A stretch of 63,400 bases of DNA, counting the filler, from Olpidium bornovanus S191 (lineage: Eukaryota; Fungi; Olpidiomycota): NCBI GenBank assembly GCA_017911155.1. It is 27 parts of 27 records of this genome, joined end to end, with 100 filler letters (N's around TTAATTAATTAA, not from the genome) between each part and the next. Parts side by side here need not be neighbours in the genome. Positions count along the whole stretch, not along the records: positions 1 to 2,558 come from JAEFCI010000343.1; positions 2,659 to 4,234 come from JAEFCI010003423.1; positions 4,335 to 7,527 come from JAEFCI010008098.1; positions 7,628 to 10,565 come from JAEFCI010001492.1; positions 10,666 to 12,380 come from JAEFCI010006319.1; positions 12,481 to 16,177 come from JAEFCI010001438.1; 21 more parts are not named here. One strand, 5' to 3'. Below are positions 1 through 12,696 of the stretch, one piece after another. A program made the position numbers and the translations under genes. The number at the start of each line of letters is the position of its first letter. Position 1 is the stretch's first letter. Under the pieces are notes generated by a model, which worked only from the letters and a program-made list of their open reading frames with translations, did no database searches and had not been told where the DNA came from.

Positions 1-270
1 CATGTTTCTGTACTTTCCCAAGAGCGAACCCCTAGCTGGTAACCAAACGCAATTCCCTGCTACTTGAAAAAAGTAGTTATAGAATACGACTGGCTGGCCC
101 CCGGGATCCAATGCACCATTCAATGATAACATTATCTTGCTGGGCAGGCTGCTGAGAGACTCGAACATCGATGACGAATCTTGTCTTCCACAATAAAGAT
201 ACAATTCCGCGGAGGTTTATATGCCAAGCGTGCGTGGCCACATCCGAACGTGAGGCCTCGCTTGTTTCAG

Positions 271-619
271 GATCAGCCACAGGCGCAGAGAACACAATGG
301 CCACAATCCATTGCTGGTTTCCTCGACGGAGATGTTGTCAAGGCACCCACGCCCTCAAAGGCCAGTCAATAATACGGGTGTGATGAAGCTGACGCCCAAC
401 AATCTGAGAATTACGGCGCTCGAACACATCAGTATAAAGTACCGCCAATCTAAAACAATGCGTCACAGATAAAATCACCGAGGTTTGACATATAGTCACA
501 GCCGGCAACTCGCTGACCTCTTAGCGAGGGCTTTTGCACAAATGAAAATTCAAGATGTTCCAGAAATGATAGGTACGCGCAAATTGTAAGTGTGTGTAGG
601 ACTTCAAGTTCCAAGGTGA
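271..619 (+). CDS. Possible spliced 3' end of an unidentified gene (...RAFAQMKIQDVPEMI/GLQVPR*)
   Basis: Branch GCTGAC plus TTAG acceptor at about 512-524, exon 525-572, GTACGC donor, TGTAG acceptor at 599, stop 617-619. No family recognised. Confidence 0.3.
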
Positions 620-1072
620 AATCACCCTGGATGTCGCATTTGGCAGTAAAAAAGGCAAAAGTCCTGAATCCCCTTGAACCGTGATCCGGATCCTCGTGGT
701 GAGGCAAGGTGTCGGGAAGGCACAAAACCACACGAGCATACGCCACGAGGACCTGTAGCTATTGCACTATTCAGGATTACATAATTCAGGCATTAAGACA
801 GGCTGCACTTTTCGTTCCGCAATTGCGGCCAGTTTTCCGTTCTGCTTCCGTCGAAATTCCTCACCTCTCTCGCCCCTGAGCTGGAGTGCGCGGCCCCAGA
901 GAACTCGCCCCCGGGTCTCCTGCACCGCGCCCCCCTCCTCCCTTTCCCTCCCTCCGTCCCTCCCGCCCTCTGCCCTTTCCAAGGCCGACCGCGCCGCCCT
1001 TTTCCGGCCGCCGCTCAGCACGCGTTGAACGCCCAAACGCCCGCGGCGTCATAGCCGCGCTGAACAGCGGCA

Positions 1073-2481
1073 ATGAGCGTTGTCGCGTGCCCGCCCTCGC
1101 CGCAGCAGCACCCCGACCAGGGCGGGCGCGGTGCCGCCGCGTCCGCGGGAGCCGCCGGCGGGAGAATAGGAGAAGCAGGCACCGCCTCGGACGAACACGC
1201 CCCGGCGTCGCTGCCGCTTCCCCCGGCGTCGCTGCCGCCGCCCCCGGCGGTTTCCTCGGTCCTAGTTACCAACAACATAAAGGTGCGGAGCCCGAGGGAC
1301 TCGGCGGGTCGCGCGGGGGGGTAAACAGTCGGGGACATAGAGAAAGAGCGAGACAGAGAGAGGGAGAGGGAGAGGGAGAGGGGGGGAGACAGAGAGAGAG
1401 AGAGCTGGCGTGGGGATTTGAGGTTTATCGGTGCCTTGGCGCACGCTTGCTGTTTGCTGTCTTCCAACCCATTTCCGACTTGTTTCCGTCGAAAAGGGCC
1501 TTGTCCTGGGCTTGCTTTTCCGTGCGCCGATGCACGTCCGCTGACCAGGCGCGTCTCTCGACTCCACGGACTCTTTCGCTTCACGTAACATTCAGGTGGC
1601 GAACGTCTCCAGTGTCGTCACGCAGGATGTCCTCGAGACGCTTTTCGGGTTCCTTGGCGAAATCCGGTCAGTTAGACTTCAGCCGAGGTACGTTATTCTG
1701 CGGGTTCGCTTCGGCGTCAAGCGGCATACCCAGCCACTCCGCGCATGGGACAGCGACTGCCTCGCCGGAGGATCGCCGCCGCCGCCGGGAACGCGGGTTG
1801 TGGCAGGAACATTTTTAACTCTTTCAATCTCGACAGCCCATTTTCGTCGGAGACTAACGAGTGCATCGTGGAGTACGCTGACACTCTGGCCGTGCAGACG
1901 GCTCTTCACCTGACGGGTACGGAGCTGGGCGACCGAACGCTGGTCGTGACGGCAAATTACACCCCAGCTGCGGCAGTTCAGAAGCCCCTCCCCGGCATAC
2001 AGGCCGCCCCAATTCTCAAATATAGCCCCCCGGCTGCCGCTGCCTCTCACTTCGCCGCTGTCGCCGCCGCGCAGGCCGCTGCTGCAACCGGCGGCACGGG
2101 CGCTCCCGGCGTCGTGGCGGGCTTCCCGCAGACGGCTGCGCTAGCCCCACCTGGGACGGCCGTCGGCGTCTCTCCTCTTGCTCAAGCCGCGGGATTCTAC
2201 GCCAACGCAGCTGCAGCAGCGGCCGCCGCAGCGATGGCAGGTTTTGATCCTATCCGGGCCGAGGAGATCTCAAGGACCATTTACGTTGGGAACATCACTG
2301 GATATGTGAGCGAGGCCCAACTCCTCGAACTGTGCAGCGCCATTGGACCTGTCGCACATATCAAACTCGCCGGAGCCGTCGACGCCAACACTCGCTTTGC
2401 TTTCGTCGAGTTTACACACGTCGACGATGCCAGGAAGGCTCTTACTCTTAATGGTACCGTCATCGCCGACCGGCCACTGAA
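1073..2481 (+). CDS. SREK1/SRSF11-like splicing regulator with two RRMs (3' truncated)
   Basis: Exons 1073-1282, 1596-1687 and 1837-2481 splice in frame with GT-AG introns. RRM1 reads IKVANVSSVVTQDVLETLFGFLGEIRSVRL...ALHLTGTELGDRTLVV and RRM2 reads EEISRTIYVGNI...RFAFVEF...NGTVIADRPLK. Both match the SRSF11/SREK1 signatures. Confidence 0.85.
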
Positions 2482-2658
2482 GTATGTCAATATCTGTGAG
2501 ACTGAAATCGCATTTATTTACGTTTTTTTCTCCTGCCGCTGACTTCGGTACCGCATGGNNNNNNNNNNNNNNNNNNNNNNNNNNNNNNNNNNNNNNNNNN
2601 NNTTAATTAATTAANNNNNNNNNNNNNNNNNNNNNNNNNNNNNNNNNNNNNNNNNNNN

Positions 2659-3321
2659 GCGGGGAGCGAGCGTGCCCGACAGCGGAGAAGTCCCTTGCCG
2701 CCCGGCAGCGATAGAGCCTCGGGCTATCCTCAGCAGCACCCTGCGAACTCACGTCGGGTCGAGTTTTTATCCGACACCGGCTGGGCAAAGGTATTCGACG
2801 ACGCAGTGTGGTGTGTGAACACTAGCCGTCGTCTGCAGCACTCCGGAGGCAGCGCGTTCTTCTGGAAATACGGGTTCGAGCCCCGGTTGCCAATCGACCA
2901 TCACCCCGACTTTGCCGTCGGCACCGCGCCCCACGACGCGCAGGTCGACTACTACGCGAACCGCCTCCGCGCGTTGGACAAATTGCGTCACCGCCGTCAG
3001 ACGACTCTGTCGACGCTACTCCAACAAGATCACGAGCGCTGGCTCGAACGACAACGCCAACGTGCGCGTATGGCTCCTCTCCGCGTTGGGGACTGAGTCT
3101 TGCGGTACGAATCATGGAATGAGACCACTTGGACCGGGAAACTCGAGCCGGACTAGCCTGGGCCCTTCGTGGTTGCAGCCCTGAACGACAATTGATCGGT
3201 GGCACTCCGTCGCCCGGACGAGAGGGTGCCGTTCGAAACAGCAGTGGCGGGACGACGCCTAAAACTCTACTATGCGCGCGCGATCCCGACATCACTGCCC
3301 GTCGACGACGAGACCTGCTAG
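2659..3321 (+). mobile_element. Degenerate Ty3/gypsy-type integrase C-terminal region (pseudogene)
   Basis: W..VFDDAVWCVNT...SAFFWKYGFEPRLP, then LRVGD*VL...GKLEPD*PGPFVV. These are the integrase core end and GPY/F module, with in-frame stops. Confidence 0.8.
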
Positions 3322-3445
3322 TTTTTGTTCTTCCCTTTTCCTTTTTTTTCGTCCTGTTTTTGTTTGTCTCGCTTTCGTTCTCCTTCTTCTTTTGTTTTCC
3401 TTCCTCGTCGACATGGCTGACGCCTGCGCAACATACGCAGGCCTT

Positions 3446-3608
3446 GGGGAGGGGGATGTCAGGGGTCGATTTCGAGTCTCGGGGGTTGACGTTTAGCTGC
3501 CCCACCTCCACGTTGTAGCCCCCTTCTCTCTCTGATGCAAAAACGTCGTTATGAAATAAACTCGGAAACCCGGAACTCGGCCAACGTCTCCGTGGTCGCG
3601 TGTGTCAC
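3446..3608 (+). mobile_element. Polypurine tract and probable short 3' LTR
   Basis: GGGGAGGGGGA (3446-3456) is followed directly by TGTCAG at 3457 and lies downstream of the integrase. AATAAA at about 3555 and a possible ...TCACA end at 3608. The right boundary is uncertain. Confidence 0.5.
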
Positions 3609-4335
3609 ACCGCCCGTCAAGTTCTCACAAGCCTTCTCACGTTTAAATGGGAACTGTGTATGAACGAGCGAGCGGCAGTGGTGTTACCAACGATTCGATA
3701 TCGTCGTCGAGGCAAAGCTCCTACACCAACCGCCTAGGAGAGCTCCGGTCTCTTCATTGTATAACCAAGCCTCCCTCACCCTACCTTCGGCATCAAGGTT
3801 ACGTAATGACTCGAGGTCAAAGTACTCCGCCGAAGGAGGGATCCCCGGGAACCGAGACGCGTGCTTCCCGCGGCTGGCATACTCAGATCGCCTTTGCAGC
3901 ATGTATACCCTTGGTCCAAGGTCGCCAGGGCGATCTAAGGACTTTCTCGGGCGACCAGGCTTGGCGCGGGCACGCCACGCCTCGTATACATGAGGATATA
4001 CTTCGCGGCGACGCCCCACTTGCTGGCCTATGAAAGACTATATCTCGACGGTGGAAGGCCAGTCCAGGTGACGCCGAGCCCAGTCTTGCATCGTCTGGCG
4101 CTCGCTTAGAAGAACTTCTAAGGCGCCAGGGATGGCAACCTCGTCGAGAAGGCAAAGAAAGATCTCCAGAAGAAGCGTGTTTAGTGCACCGAAGAGGCGC
4201 CGCGCGCCTCGCGCACAAACAACAAAAGCGACCANNNNNNNNNNNNNNNNNNNNNNNNNNNNNNNNNNNNNNNNNNNNTTAATTAATTAANNNNNNNNNN
4301 NNNNNNNNNNNNNNNNNNNNNNNNNNNNNNNNNNC

Positions 4336-5349
4336 ATGGAATACTTCCTGAACGTCAACATCGTCCAGGTCGCCGCGGGCGACGACCACGTGCTCGCCTT
4401 GACCTCTCTCGGGGAGGTGTACGCGTGGGGAAACGGCGAGCAGAACCAGCTGGGCCGGCGGCTCATCCCGAGGCGGATGGACGCGTCGCTCGTGCCCGAA
4501 AAGACCGGGCTCAGAAACATTGTGCGCATCGGATGCGGAGCGTTTCACAGCTTCGCTGTCAGCAAAGAGGGATTCGTGTACTCGTGGGGCTTGAACAACT
4601 TCCAGCAGTGCGGCCTAGAGCCGGACGCTGGCCGGAACGAAAACATTATTTTTTACCCCACAATCATCGGCCACGAGGACATCATGAGCGGCGACGTGCA
4701 GCAGTGCGTTGGCGGGAACCACTTTTCACTGCTACGGAAGGGGAACGGCTCCGTGTACGCTTTCGGACGGAGCGACGAGCACGCTTTGGCATTACCGTAC
4801 CCCGTCGATCCCAACGAGCCTCCATCGCCCGCTCTCGCGGGCCAAGCGAAATCTTCATCCGTCGCGTCCGCGTCGACCGACAGCACGCCGGCGTTTTCGC
4901 AGCCGGTGCCGCCCGCGTTGGGCGCCCACAGCGGTTTCGCGATGAAGGTGCCGGCGTTCGCGCCCCCCGGCGCGCAATCTGACGCGGGCCCCCCGGCGTT
5001 CGAGCAGAACAAGCCCGGAAAGGAGAAGACGGCCGTCGGCACGCCCACGCGAATTCCTGCCCTCCAAGGGGTCGTGCACGTCGGATGCGGCACGTCGCAC
5101 TCCCTGGCCGTCACCGACTCTGGCCACTGCTACGCGTGGGGTGTGGGCGAACACTTCCAGCTCGCGAACAACGAGCCGACCGACCTCGCTCAGCCGGCCC
5201 TGGTCGAGGGCCAAAAGATCGCAAATCACCGCGCCGTGCTCGCCGGTGCCGGAGCAACGTTCTCGGTCCTACTCGCCCGACCGCGGGCGTGGGACTCGGC
5301 CGGCGGCGGCGGCGGCGACGGGGAGGCTATGGACACTGATCCGGTGTGA
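4336..5349 (+). CDS. RCC1: RCC1/Prp20/Pim1 Ran guanine-nucleotide exchange factor, C-terminal part
   Basis: RCC1 repeats VAAGDDHVLAL...VYAWGNGEQNQLGRR, IGCGAFHSFAV...VYSWGLNNFQQCG and VGCGTSHSLAV...YAWGVGEHFQL. Uninterrupted 337-aa ORF. Confidence 0.92.
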   Translation: MEYFLNVNIVQVAAGDDHVLALTSLGEVYAWGNGEQNQLGRRLIPRRMDASLVPEKTGLRNIVRIGCGAFHSFAVSKEGFVYSWGLNNFQQCGLEPDAGRNENIIFYPTIIGHEDIMSGDVQQCVGGNHFSLLRKGNGSVYAFGRSDEHALALPYPVDPNEPPSPALAGQAKSSSVASASTDSTPAFSQPVPPALGAHSGFAMKVPAFAPPGAQSDAGPPAFEQNKPGKEKTAVGTPTRIPALQGVVHVGCGTSHSLAVTDSGHCYAWGVGEHFQLANNEPTDLAQPALVEGQKIANHRAVLAGAGATFSVLLARPRAWDSAGGGGGDGEAMDTDPV

Positions 5350-6125
5350 GGCTTGACGTTTTATGTAACCAGTCACCGTATCCCCTCACCAGGTTAAAAT
5401 TTTTTCCGTCCTCTTTTTTTTTATCACTAAAAGTAATTATTGTATGATAATAATCCGGCCGCCGCTCCCCCGCGGCCTCCTCACGCAGGGGCGGCTGCTG
5501 GTCGACCAAGAACAGCAATGGCAAGGTCGACTGTAGCCTGACCCGGCCCGATGCCTCGCGCGCGGGTCGAACAAGCGGCGACAGCATAGGAATCAGCACG
5601 CAACTTGCGAGCCACGCTCAGCAGCCACCTCGTTTCTGACCGCTGGGCCGTCCTGAAACCGCTTTTGTCTCGCCAGGGACCTTGCCCGCCCATGTCCTTA
5701 CAGCGGCTCCCGTAAGCGTCGTGTGTGCGTGGTTTGCGGGGGTTGTTTTTTACTGTTACTTTTGACGAAAGTAGTATGTTGTCCTGGCGGCGTCGACGGC
5801 ACATCCGGAGCAAGCGGCAGGTGCAGGCGGCAGGACCAAGACGGCCGGCCGGGAAACGGCTTTTTTGGTCACCGAACAGAGGCGGCCCGGTTCGCGGGCG
5901 AAGTCGCAACGCCTCGCGGGGGTCGCCTCGGCCTTCCGAGCGGGCGCCCCCCGTGACTCCCACGTGCCGCATTCTTACACACCCTGGCCCCCCGCCCTCA
6001 CTCCCTCCGTCTGTCGACACCAAACTCTCTTCCCCCCCCCCCCCTTCCCGTCTGCGGTGGCCCACCGCGCGCGCCCTGTGCCCGAGCGGTGAAACCGCGC
6101 CGGGCGGCAGGACCGCGTCTCCGGC

Positions 6126-6174
6126 ATGCCGGTGCACCCCCAGAAGCGCGTCCGGGTGCGAGAAAAAGAGAGAG

Positions 6175-6208
<34 letters not shown>

Positions 6209-7487
6209 CACCGCCAAACTCCCGAAGGCGGCGAGGGACCAGGCTGTCTCCCGTCCCCGGTTTTGTTCGCGGCCTAACTCGCTTGCTGTCCCTCCTCCCC
6301 CCCCCCTTTCCCCTCCCCCTTATTTCCTTTCCCCCCGCGGCCGCCCGCGCGGCGTGTTCGCCGTTTTTTTTTTTTTTTTTTTTTTTTCGCAAAACGTTGC
6401 GTGTGCCCGCGTGCCCTTGTCCCCGCTGCGCCCCCCGCCGGCGTTCTTCCTCCAACCGCGCGCGCGCCCCTCTCTCTCCCTCCCTTAATTCCTCGGGGGC
6501 CGTGGTGTCACAAATGCCGCGGGCGCGCCGCCCCACCAGGGGGTTTCCCTCTCCAGGGGGTTTGTCGTCGGGAGCACGGCGCAGCGGCTGGAGAAGCCCC
6601 TCATGCTGAGCGGGGACCAGCCGTACACCCACAAGTGGACGGTGTTCGTGCGCGGCGCGCACAACGAGGATCTGTCTTTCGTAATCAAGCGCGTCCAGTT
6701 CAAGCTGCACGAGACGTACCCAAACCCAATCAGAAGTAAGCCGGCGTAGGAAAAAAAAAAAATAAAAACAACCACATCCCCGCAATCAAAAAACCCCCCT
6801 TCTCGTGAGGCTGGTGCCAGTTCGCCGACGGAATCGGGGTCCCGGGCGCAGGCGGATTTTTTTTTTCTTTTTTTTGCTCGGCAGCGGAAGAGGCGGGTAG
6901 CATCGTTTTTCTCCTATTGTTTTGGAATTTTTTTTTTCGCGGTTCGCTTCTCCCCCCCCCCCCCCCCCCCCCCCCCCTCCCCCCCCCCCCCCCTTTTTTT
7001 TTTCATTATCCTTCGCGCGCGGCGCTCTCCCACAAGTCACCCTTTCAAAATTCTACGCCTTCTTTTTACGTTTCCTCTCTTTCCTTTTTGCTTTCCGCCC
7101 GGACCGCGCGCGTCACTCGAAAGACGTCGACTATCCGCCTTTTGAGATCTCCGAGACCGGGTGGGGCGAGTTTGAGATTCCCATCAAGATCTACTTCAGC
7201 ACGGGGGAGAGGGGCATAACCGTCAACCATCTCCTCAAGTTGCACCCGCTGAGCGGGCCGGACCCGACGAGCCTGGAGCCCATCGTGTTCGCCAGATATG
7301 ACGAGATGGTCAGCTGTGGATTATATGCGGTGCTTCGTGAGCTCGCTCCGGAAAAACACAGTTGTGATGCTGACCACGCTCGCGACGCAGCTGTTTAACG
7401 AACCGCTGGAAGCGACTTTCGAGGCACTGATGAAACATCAGGACACCTCTGGTCTTCCGGAAAAAAAAAACGAGGGCATCTTGTACT
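6126..7487 (+). CDS. YAF9: YEATS-domain protein Yaf9/GAS41 (3' truncated)
   Basis: Exons 6126-6155, 6540-6735, 7124-7308 and 7391-about 7487 join in frame: [24 protein letters not shown]...[10 protein letters not shown]...[35 protein letters not shown]...YDEM/LFNEP. Confidence 0.92.
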
Positions 7488-7698
7488 GTGCGTGGCCGGA
7501 GCGTTACCCCCTCCTCCTCCCCCCCACNNNNNNNNNNNNNNNNNNNNNNNNNNNNNNNNNNNNNNNNNNNNTTAATTAATTAANNNNNNNNNNNNNNNNN
7601 NNNNNNNNNNNNNNNNNNNNNNNNNNNACGTCGGAAGCAACCTGTAAACCCGAAAAGCCGCTTTTTCCCGGTCACGTCGCGGTCGTCTGCGGGCCTTA

Positions 7699-10009
7699 CC
7701 TGGTACAAGAGGACTTTTATGCCCCGCTCCAGGAGCGGAGGGAACATGTGCGCGGTAGATTGCATGATGTCCTCCTGGAATCCGGCGGCACGTCACTCAA
7801 TTAGGGAGGAAGGAGGGCGTGGGGGGGGGGGGGGGGGCTGAAGGGGGAGGCCGAACGCTCCTGGGCGAGGCGCGGGCTTGGGTTCCTCCTTTTTCCTCCC
7901 CCGGACATCGCGGGACGGCGTACCCTCATGCTCTCGTACACGGCCGGGTCGTCGCCGAATCGTCGGTTCCTCCCTCCCTCGGGAATCACGTGCAACGCCT
8001 TGCGCACGTCCTCGCGGTTCAGGAACAGGCGCAAAACCGTACGATTGTACGCAACGTCTTTCTGGCGGAGTGCAGGCGTCGAGGACATGGCGGTTTATTC
8101 AACTAAATGCGCAGCGTCCCCGGCCGTGGCGGAACGGGTTTAGAAAGCACATTTTGCAGAGCGGCGGGGGGCGCACCTGGCGAATGTCGTACAAGTTTAT
8201 CTGGCCTGCAAACGAGCTGAAATTGCCAAATAGCTGGGCCCGCAGGTCGTTGGCTTCGACGAACTTGCCCGCGACGATGCGGTCCCTGACCCGGCCCGCG
8301 ATTTCGTCCAAAACCCCCGCCTGCTCTCGGGACACGAGCCCTTTTTCCACGGAAAACAGGCCGGCCGTTTGTTTTTTTTGTTGTTCGTTTGTTAGCCTCC
8401 GCTACCTTAGATTTCGGCGAGAAAAAGCCCCCACCACGCACCGGTTTGCAAGGCGAAGGGCGCGTGGCTGGATATCTGCGAGGCGGGGTCGGTCAAACCT
8501 TTTTTTTTTTTGTTGTCGTTGTTGTCCCCGCCCGCGGCCAGGATTTTGAAGCGGTTTTGGTCAACACGGACGGTTCGCGTGCGCCTGTCGCCCCCGGCCA
8601 GAGCCCGCGTCAAGCGTACCGTTACCCACGGCGATCCCCCTCAGGTCGATGTATTCGGGATGCTCTTTCACTGCCAAATTTTTGAAACGCGACGTTGGGC
8701 CGTACCGTCTTCAGACGTTTACAAAAAGGAGAATCGGAGCGGGGCAAGCCGCGTACCGTTCCCGCCCGCGCGGGCGACCAAACCGTCGTTGTGTCGCATG
8801 ATGTGCGTGGCGATCGTGGGAACGAACTTGCCCGCGTAACTCTCGCCTACAAACAGCCAACGCGGCAAAGCGTTTCGCAGCGGGTTCCCTCGCAACGCTC
8901 GAAGCGACGACCCCGGACAAAACGGGCTCACCGGCAACGTACAACCCGCGCCTCCTCATGTCGGGATACTTGACAAAGAAACGGCAAAAGAAAGCGAGCA
9001 TGTCCCTGCCGACCGCCTCTTGACCTTTTACGTGCCCGTCGGGGGTATACAGCTCCGGCGGACGGTCCTGCTCTCCGAGCCATACTTTCGACAAGGGATT
9101 TCTCGGGTCGAATTGAGTCACAATTGAGTTTTTCGGCGCTTCGTTGTTCCTCGTCTCAGACATCGGTCGGACCCCCTGGGGTGGAGGAGATTCGAGGAAA
9201 GAGAAACCTGCGGCGTACGCGTCGCGTTTAGCTCGCCAAAGGGCTTGACACCCGCTATGCGCCGGAACCGCTTACCTGTGCCGACGGGCTGATCGACGAA
9301 CAACATCGGGTAATGGCGCGTCCACGCTTCCGGGTTCAGGCACAGTTGCCCGTCGTCGTTCAAGCGGTACGGACCCATCTAGAATTTCGGGTAAGTCCTA
9401 ATATAGGTAAAATGGATAATTGGCGAACAGAAGCCCGCCGGGGCAAAACGGGGAGGGCCGAGAAGCGAGAGGGCTCTCTAACGCGCACCTCCGTGAACAA
9501 TCCGATCATGCTGCTCGCGCCGGGTCCGCCCTGCAGCCACCTGGCGCGAACCCAAGCGAATAAGCGGCACCGCCAAGCGAAGGCCACGCACGGCGCAAAA
9601 CTTGTTTTCCCCCGTTCGCGTACGTGATCAGCGGCGGCGCCGACTCGCCGTTCTTTCCGAAAGGACTGCCGAACTCTACCCTCCGCCCGTCCGAGGCGCG
9701 GTCCTGCCTGGGCACGAGCCAGTAGAACAGCTCCGCCCGGCCCTGCCCGCCGGCGCCGCTCGCGTTCCAGGTTCTGATAGGGATGAACCCCGCGTGGCCG
9801 TTGTCGATCACTGGGCAGCCCGGCGCGTATGGAAGCGGGAGCTCGATGCGGTGAAAGGCCCCGTCGCTCGCCACTTCGATCAACGGCGCCGCGCGCGGCG
9901 CCACGGGCAGAGATGCCGACAGCCACAGAAAGGTGCTGAAGGTCGCGGCGAGGAAACAGGTCCGCGCGGGCCGCAGAACGCCGGCCGCCAGCACGAGCGC
10001 GTCACGCAT
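7699..10009 (-). CDS. Secreted serine carboxypeptidase, family S10 (multi-exon, 3' truncated)
   Basis: Signal-peptide-like N-terminus, then ELFYW, WLQGGPGASSMIGLF, NPEAWTRHYPMLFVDQPVGTG, GLYVAGE/SYAGKFVP (catalytic Ser motif), NLYDIR and GIKVLLYQ. Confidence 0.92.
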
Positions 10010-10401
10010 CGCTGGCAAGGAGAGGAAAAGGGGAACCCCGGCGGGAAGTGGAGGAAAAAAAAACGCTCTAGAGAAGACGAGGGTTAAGCGGAAGCAGCAC
10101 ACAGCGAGGTCTCTGCCCGAGACCGGCTCGAACGCGGCCGGGTGGCCGGGAGGCCGAAGAAGCCGGGGAAGGGGGGTGGGGTGGGGAAGGCGTGTGTGCG
10201 CGGTTTTCTGAAAAGGAGACTGGGATATATTTTTTTCCGCTCTTTTTTTTCTTTTTTTTTTCCCTTTTCTTTTTTCTCTCACACGGCGCGCGCGCCCGGG
10301 GGGGTTGGGGGGAAAGGGGCGGGGCGTGTTTTTTATTTATTTATTTATTTTTTTTTTTTTTTTTCTGTTTGGGAGGAGGGTGGAAGGGAGGACGGCTGAG
10401 C

Positions 10402-10534
<133 letters not shown>

Positions 10535-11067
10535 CTTTTCTTTTGGCTGCGGACGCACGTTTGCCNNNNNNNNNNNNNNNNNNNNNNNNNNNNNNNNNNN
10601 NNNNNNNNNTTAATTAATTAANNNNNNNNNNNNNNNNNNNNNNNNNNNNNNNNNNNNNNNNNNNNGAGGGGGGGGAAGGGGCAAACCAACTTCGTGCTAG
10701 AAACGGTATTTAGCCGTCCGGCGGGAGGCGTTGTAGCTTACTTCCACCTTCTTCAGGAAGTTGCCCGCGGCCTCCTTGGCCATCCTTGGGAACGGACCCG
10801 TCTTGACCGCGCGGGCGATCCTTTCGGACAGCTTAGTCCCGCGGGTGTTGCGCTGCTGCCGCCGCAGCGCCGCCGAACCGAGCGACTTTCCCGCCGCGGC
10901 TACCGCGCGGCACCGTGCGGTCCCGTTCCCCGCGGCGGCGGAAAAGGGAAGAGGGCGGCGCGTCGCCGTCTCGCCAGCCTCTTTTTCAGGGTCGCTGCGA
11001 GAATAATAACTCCAGTGCCTAGCAACGAAAAGGTTAGGGCGCAGCGGTCTTTCCCGGGGGCGCGGCG

Positions 11068-11098
<31 letters not shown>

Positions 11099-12696
11099 GT
11101 TCCCGGGAGCAGCCGGCGGTGTAGTACGAGTTTTTTTTTTTTTTTTTAAAAAAAAACCTGAGCCCCGGGTGTCCGCCGCCAATATAGGGGCGCGTCCTTA
11201 GGTCCGAAACCGCGCGCCAGCGGGATCAGGGCCGCCGGCTCGGCGCTGCTGCGCTCCGCCCCGTGAGCGCCGTGTTTGGCTCCGAGGCGGCTTTTTGTCC
11301 CGTGGAAAACGATGAGCGGAAGAGGGGAAGAGGGGAGGGGGCAGGGGGTGGAAGAAGGGAAGCGGTTATTTTCGCCGAGGGCGCCACCTCCGCCAGAGCA
11401 TTGCCTCCCCCCTCCCAGCCCGTTCTCGGAGCCGCCCGTGCGCACGCTCGCGTGCCCTCTGCGAAGCCTGCGAGGAAACTTCCTGACGACGGAATTTTGG
11501 TTGGCGCAAATAAAAAGGAAGGGACGTCCGTTGCATAGCGGCTCATCAAATAATTACGTCACGCACAAAACGTTCCCCGTCTTGGTCGCCGCCCGCCGGC
11601 ACGCCAACTGATGCACGGAGCGGACGATCGAACACCGACGATCCCGGACCCCCTGCTGCATTTGATGGCGCATGCGGGTTGAATGTTACATTGCATCTTT
11701 ATGTTTCACGGATGCGGGGAGGGCCGGGCCCCGCGTTGCAGCGGGAAGAGTCGTTTGGACGGGGAAAGGAGCACAAGGATAAAATACTCGAAAAAAAAAT
11801 CTGCGCGAAGTCGAGGGAAAATCGCGACCCGAAGGGCAATCTAGTCGAGCGCGTGCGAATTGCCCAAAAAGCGGGGCTTGTGGCAGACGTGGTCCGAAAC
11901 AATCGGCAAAGGCTGAAATAGGCGATGGGGTGGCTGTATTGCGGGAGAGGGGCAACGTAACAATAGTTTCTGCTTTTGTATTCCCCTGCGGAGTACTTGT
12001 CTGCTAACGTTTTCTTTTTCGAAATCTCCCTTTCACTGCACACAATATTATCCATTGTTACAGTGTTTTAGCAGTCGATGAGAATGCAATACGGAATGTT
12101 GCGGGACCGCTGCCATTTCTTGCTCCGGCGTCGAATCCGCAATACCTGTCCGTCTCCCTAAGGGCCGTCCGCAGTTTCAACCAATATAAATAAAAAAGGA
12201 TGCTCCGCGAGCAGAATGCGTTCAGCATGAATTCGATGAAAAAAATCCTAGATGTTTACCATGAAGATTTGTGTCCCCAATGACCGACCAGGGAAAACGC
12301 TGTACACTTCGGGCCAGTTGGGGTATCTACAGATTAGTGATTCCATCCTGCTTTTTTCTTCCAAGGTCTAATCTCTGCGCNNNNNNNNNNNNNNNNNNNN
12401 NNNNNNNNNNNNNNNNNNNNNNNNTTAATTAATTAANNNNNNNNNNNNNNNNNNNNNNNNNNNNNNNNNNNNNNNNNNNNCATGCCCGAACCAACGCCCG
12501 GCTTCCGGCGCTTAAACGCTCCGAAATAATAAAAGAAAAAGGAAAGCGGAAGCGAGAAGCACTCTCCAACGATAACGTGCGCAAATGTCGAGTTTAGACA
12601 AACGTCACCGCGGATGCTCGGAACTTCACAATGCAATACGTGTGTTACAAACCACAAACCGTGGATTCACCCGAAACCACCAAACCGTCACAAGCC

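Noticed and set aside
2603-2614. Recurring TTAATTAATTAA palindrome (contains a PacI site) between N runs
   Set aside because: It is an artificial six-frame-stop linker, identical at all 26 gaps. ORFs starting or ending in it are artefacts.
5481-6785. Long antisense and overlapping ORFs (also 886-1818, 36257-37486, 48242-49045, 56985-58283, 59843-60799)
   Set aside because: They are expected in very GC-rich, stop-poor DNA. They cross introns and homopolymers, giving poly-Lys/Phe/Gly/Pro runs, or shadow real genes.
10666-12380. Possible spliced minus-strand gene (exon-like pieces YPNWPEVYSVFPGRSLGTQIFM and KEAAGNFLKKVE)
   Set aside because: Splice-like signals are present, but I could not build a consistent model or recognise a family.
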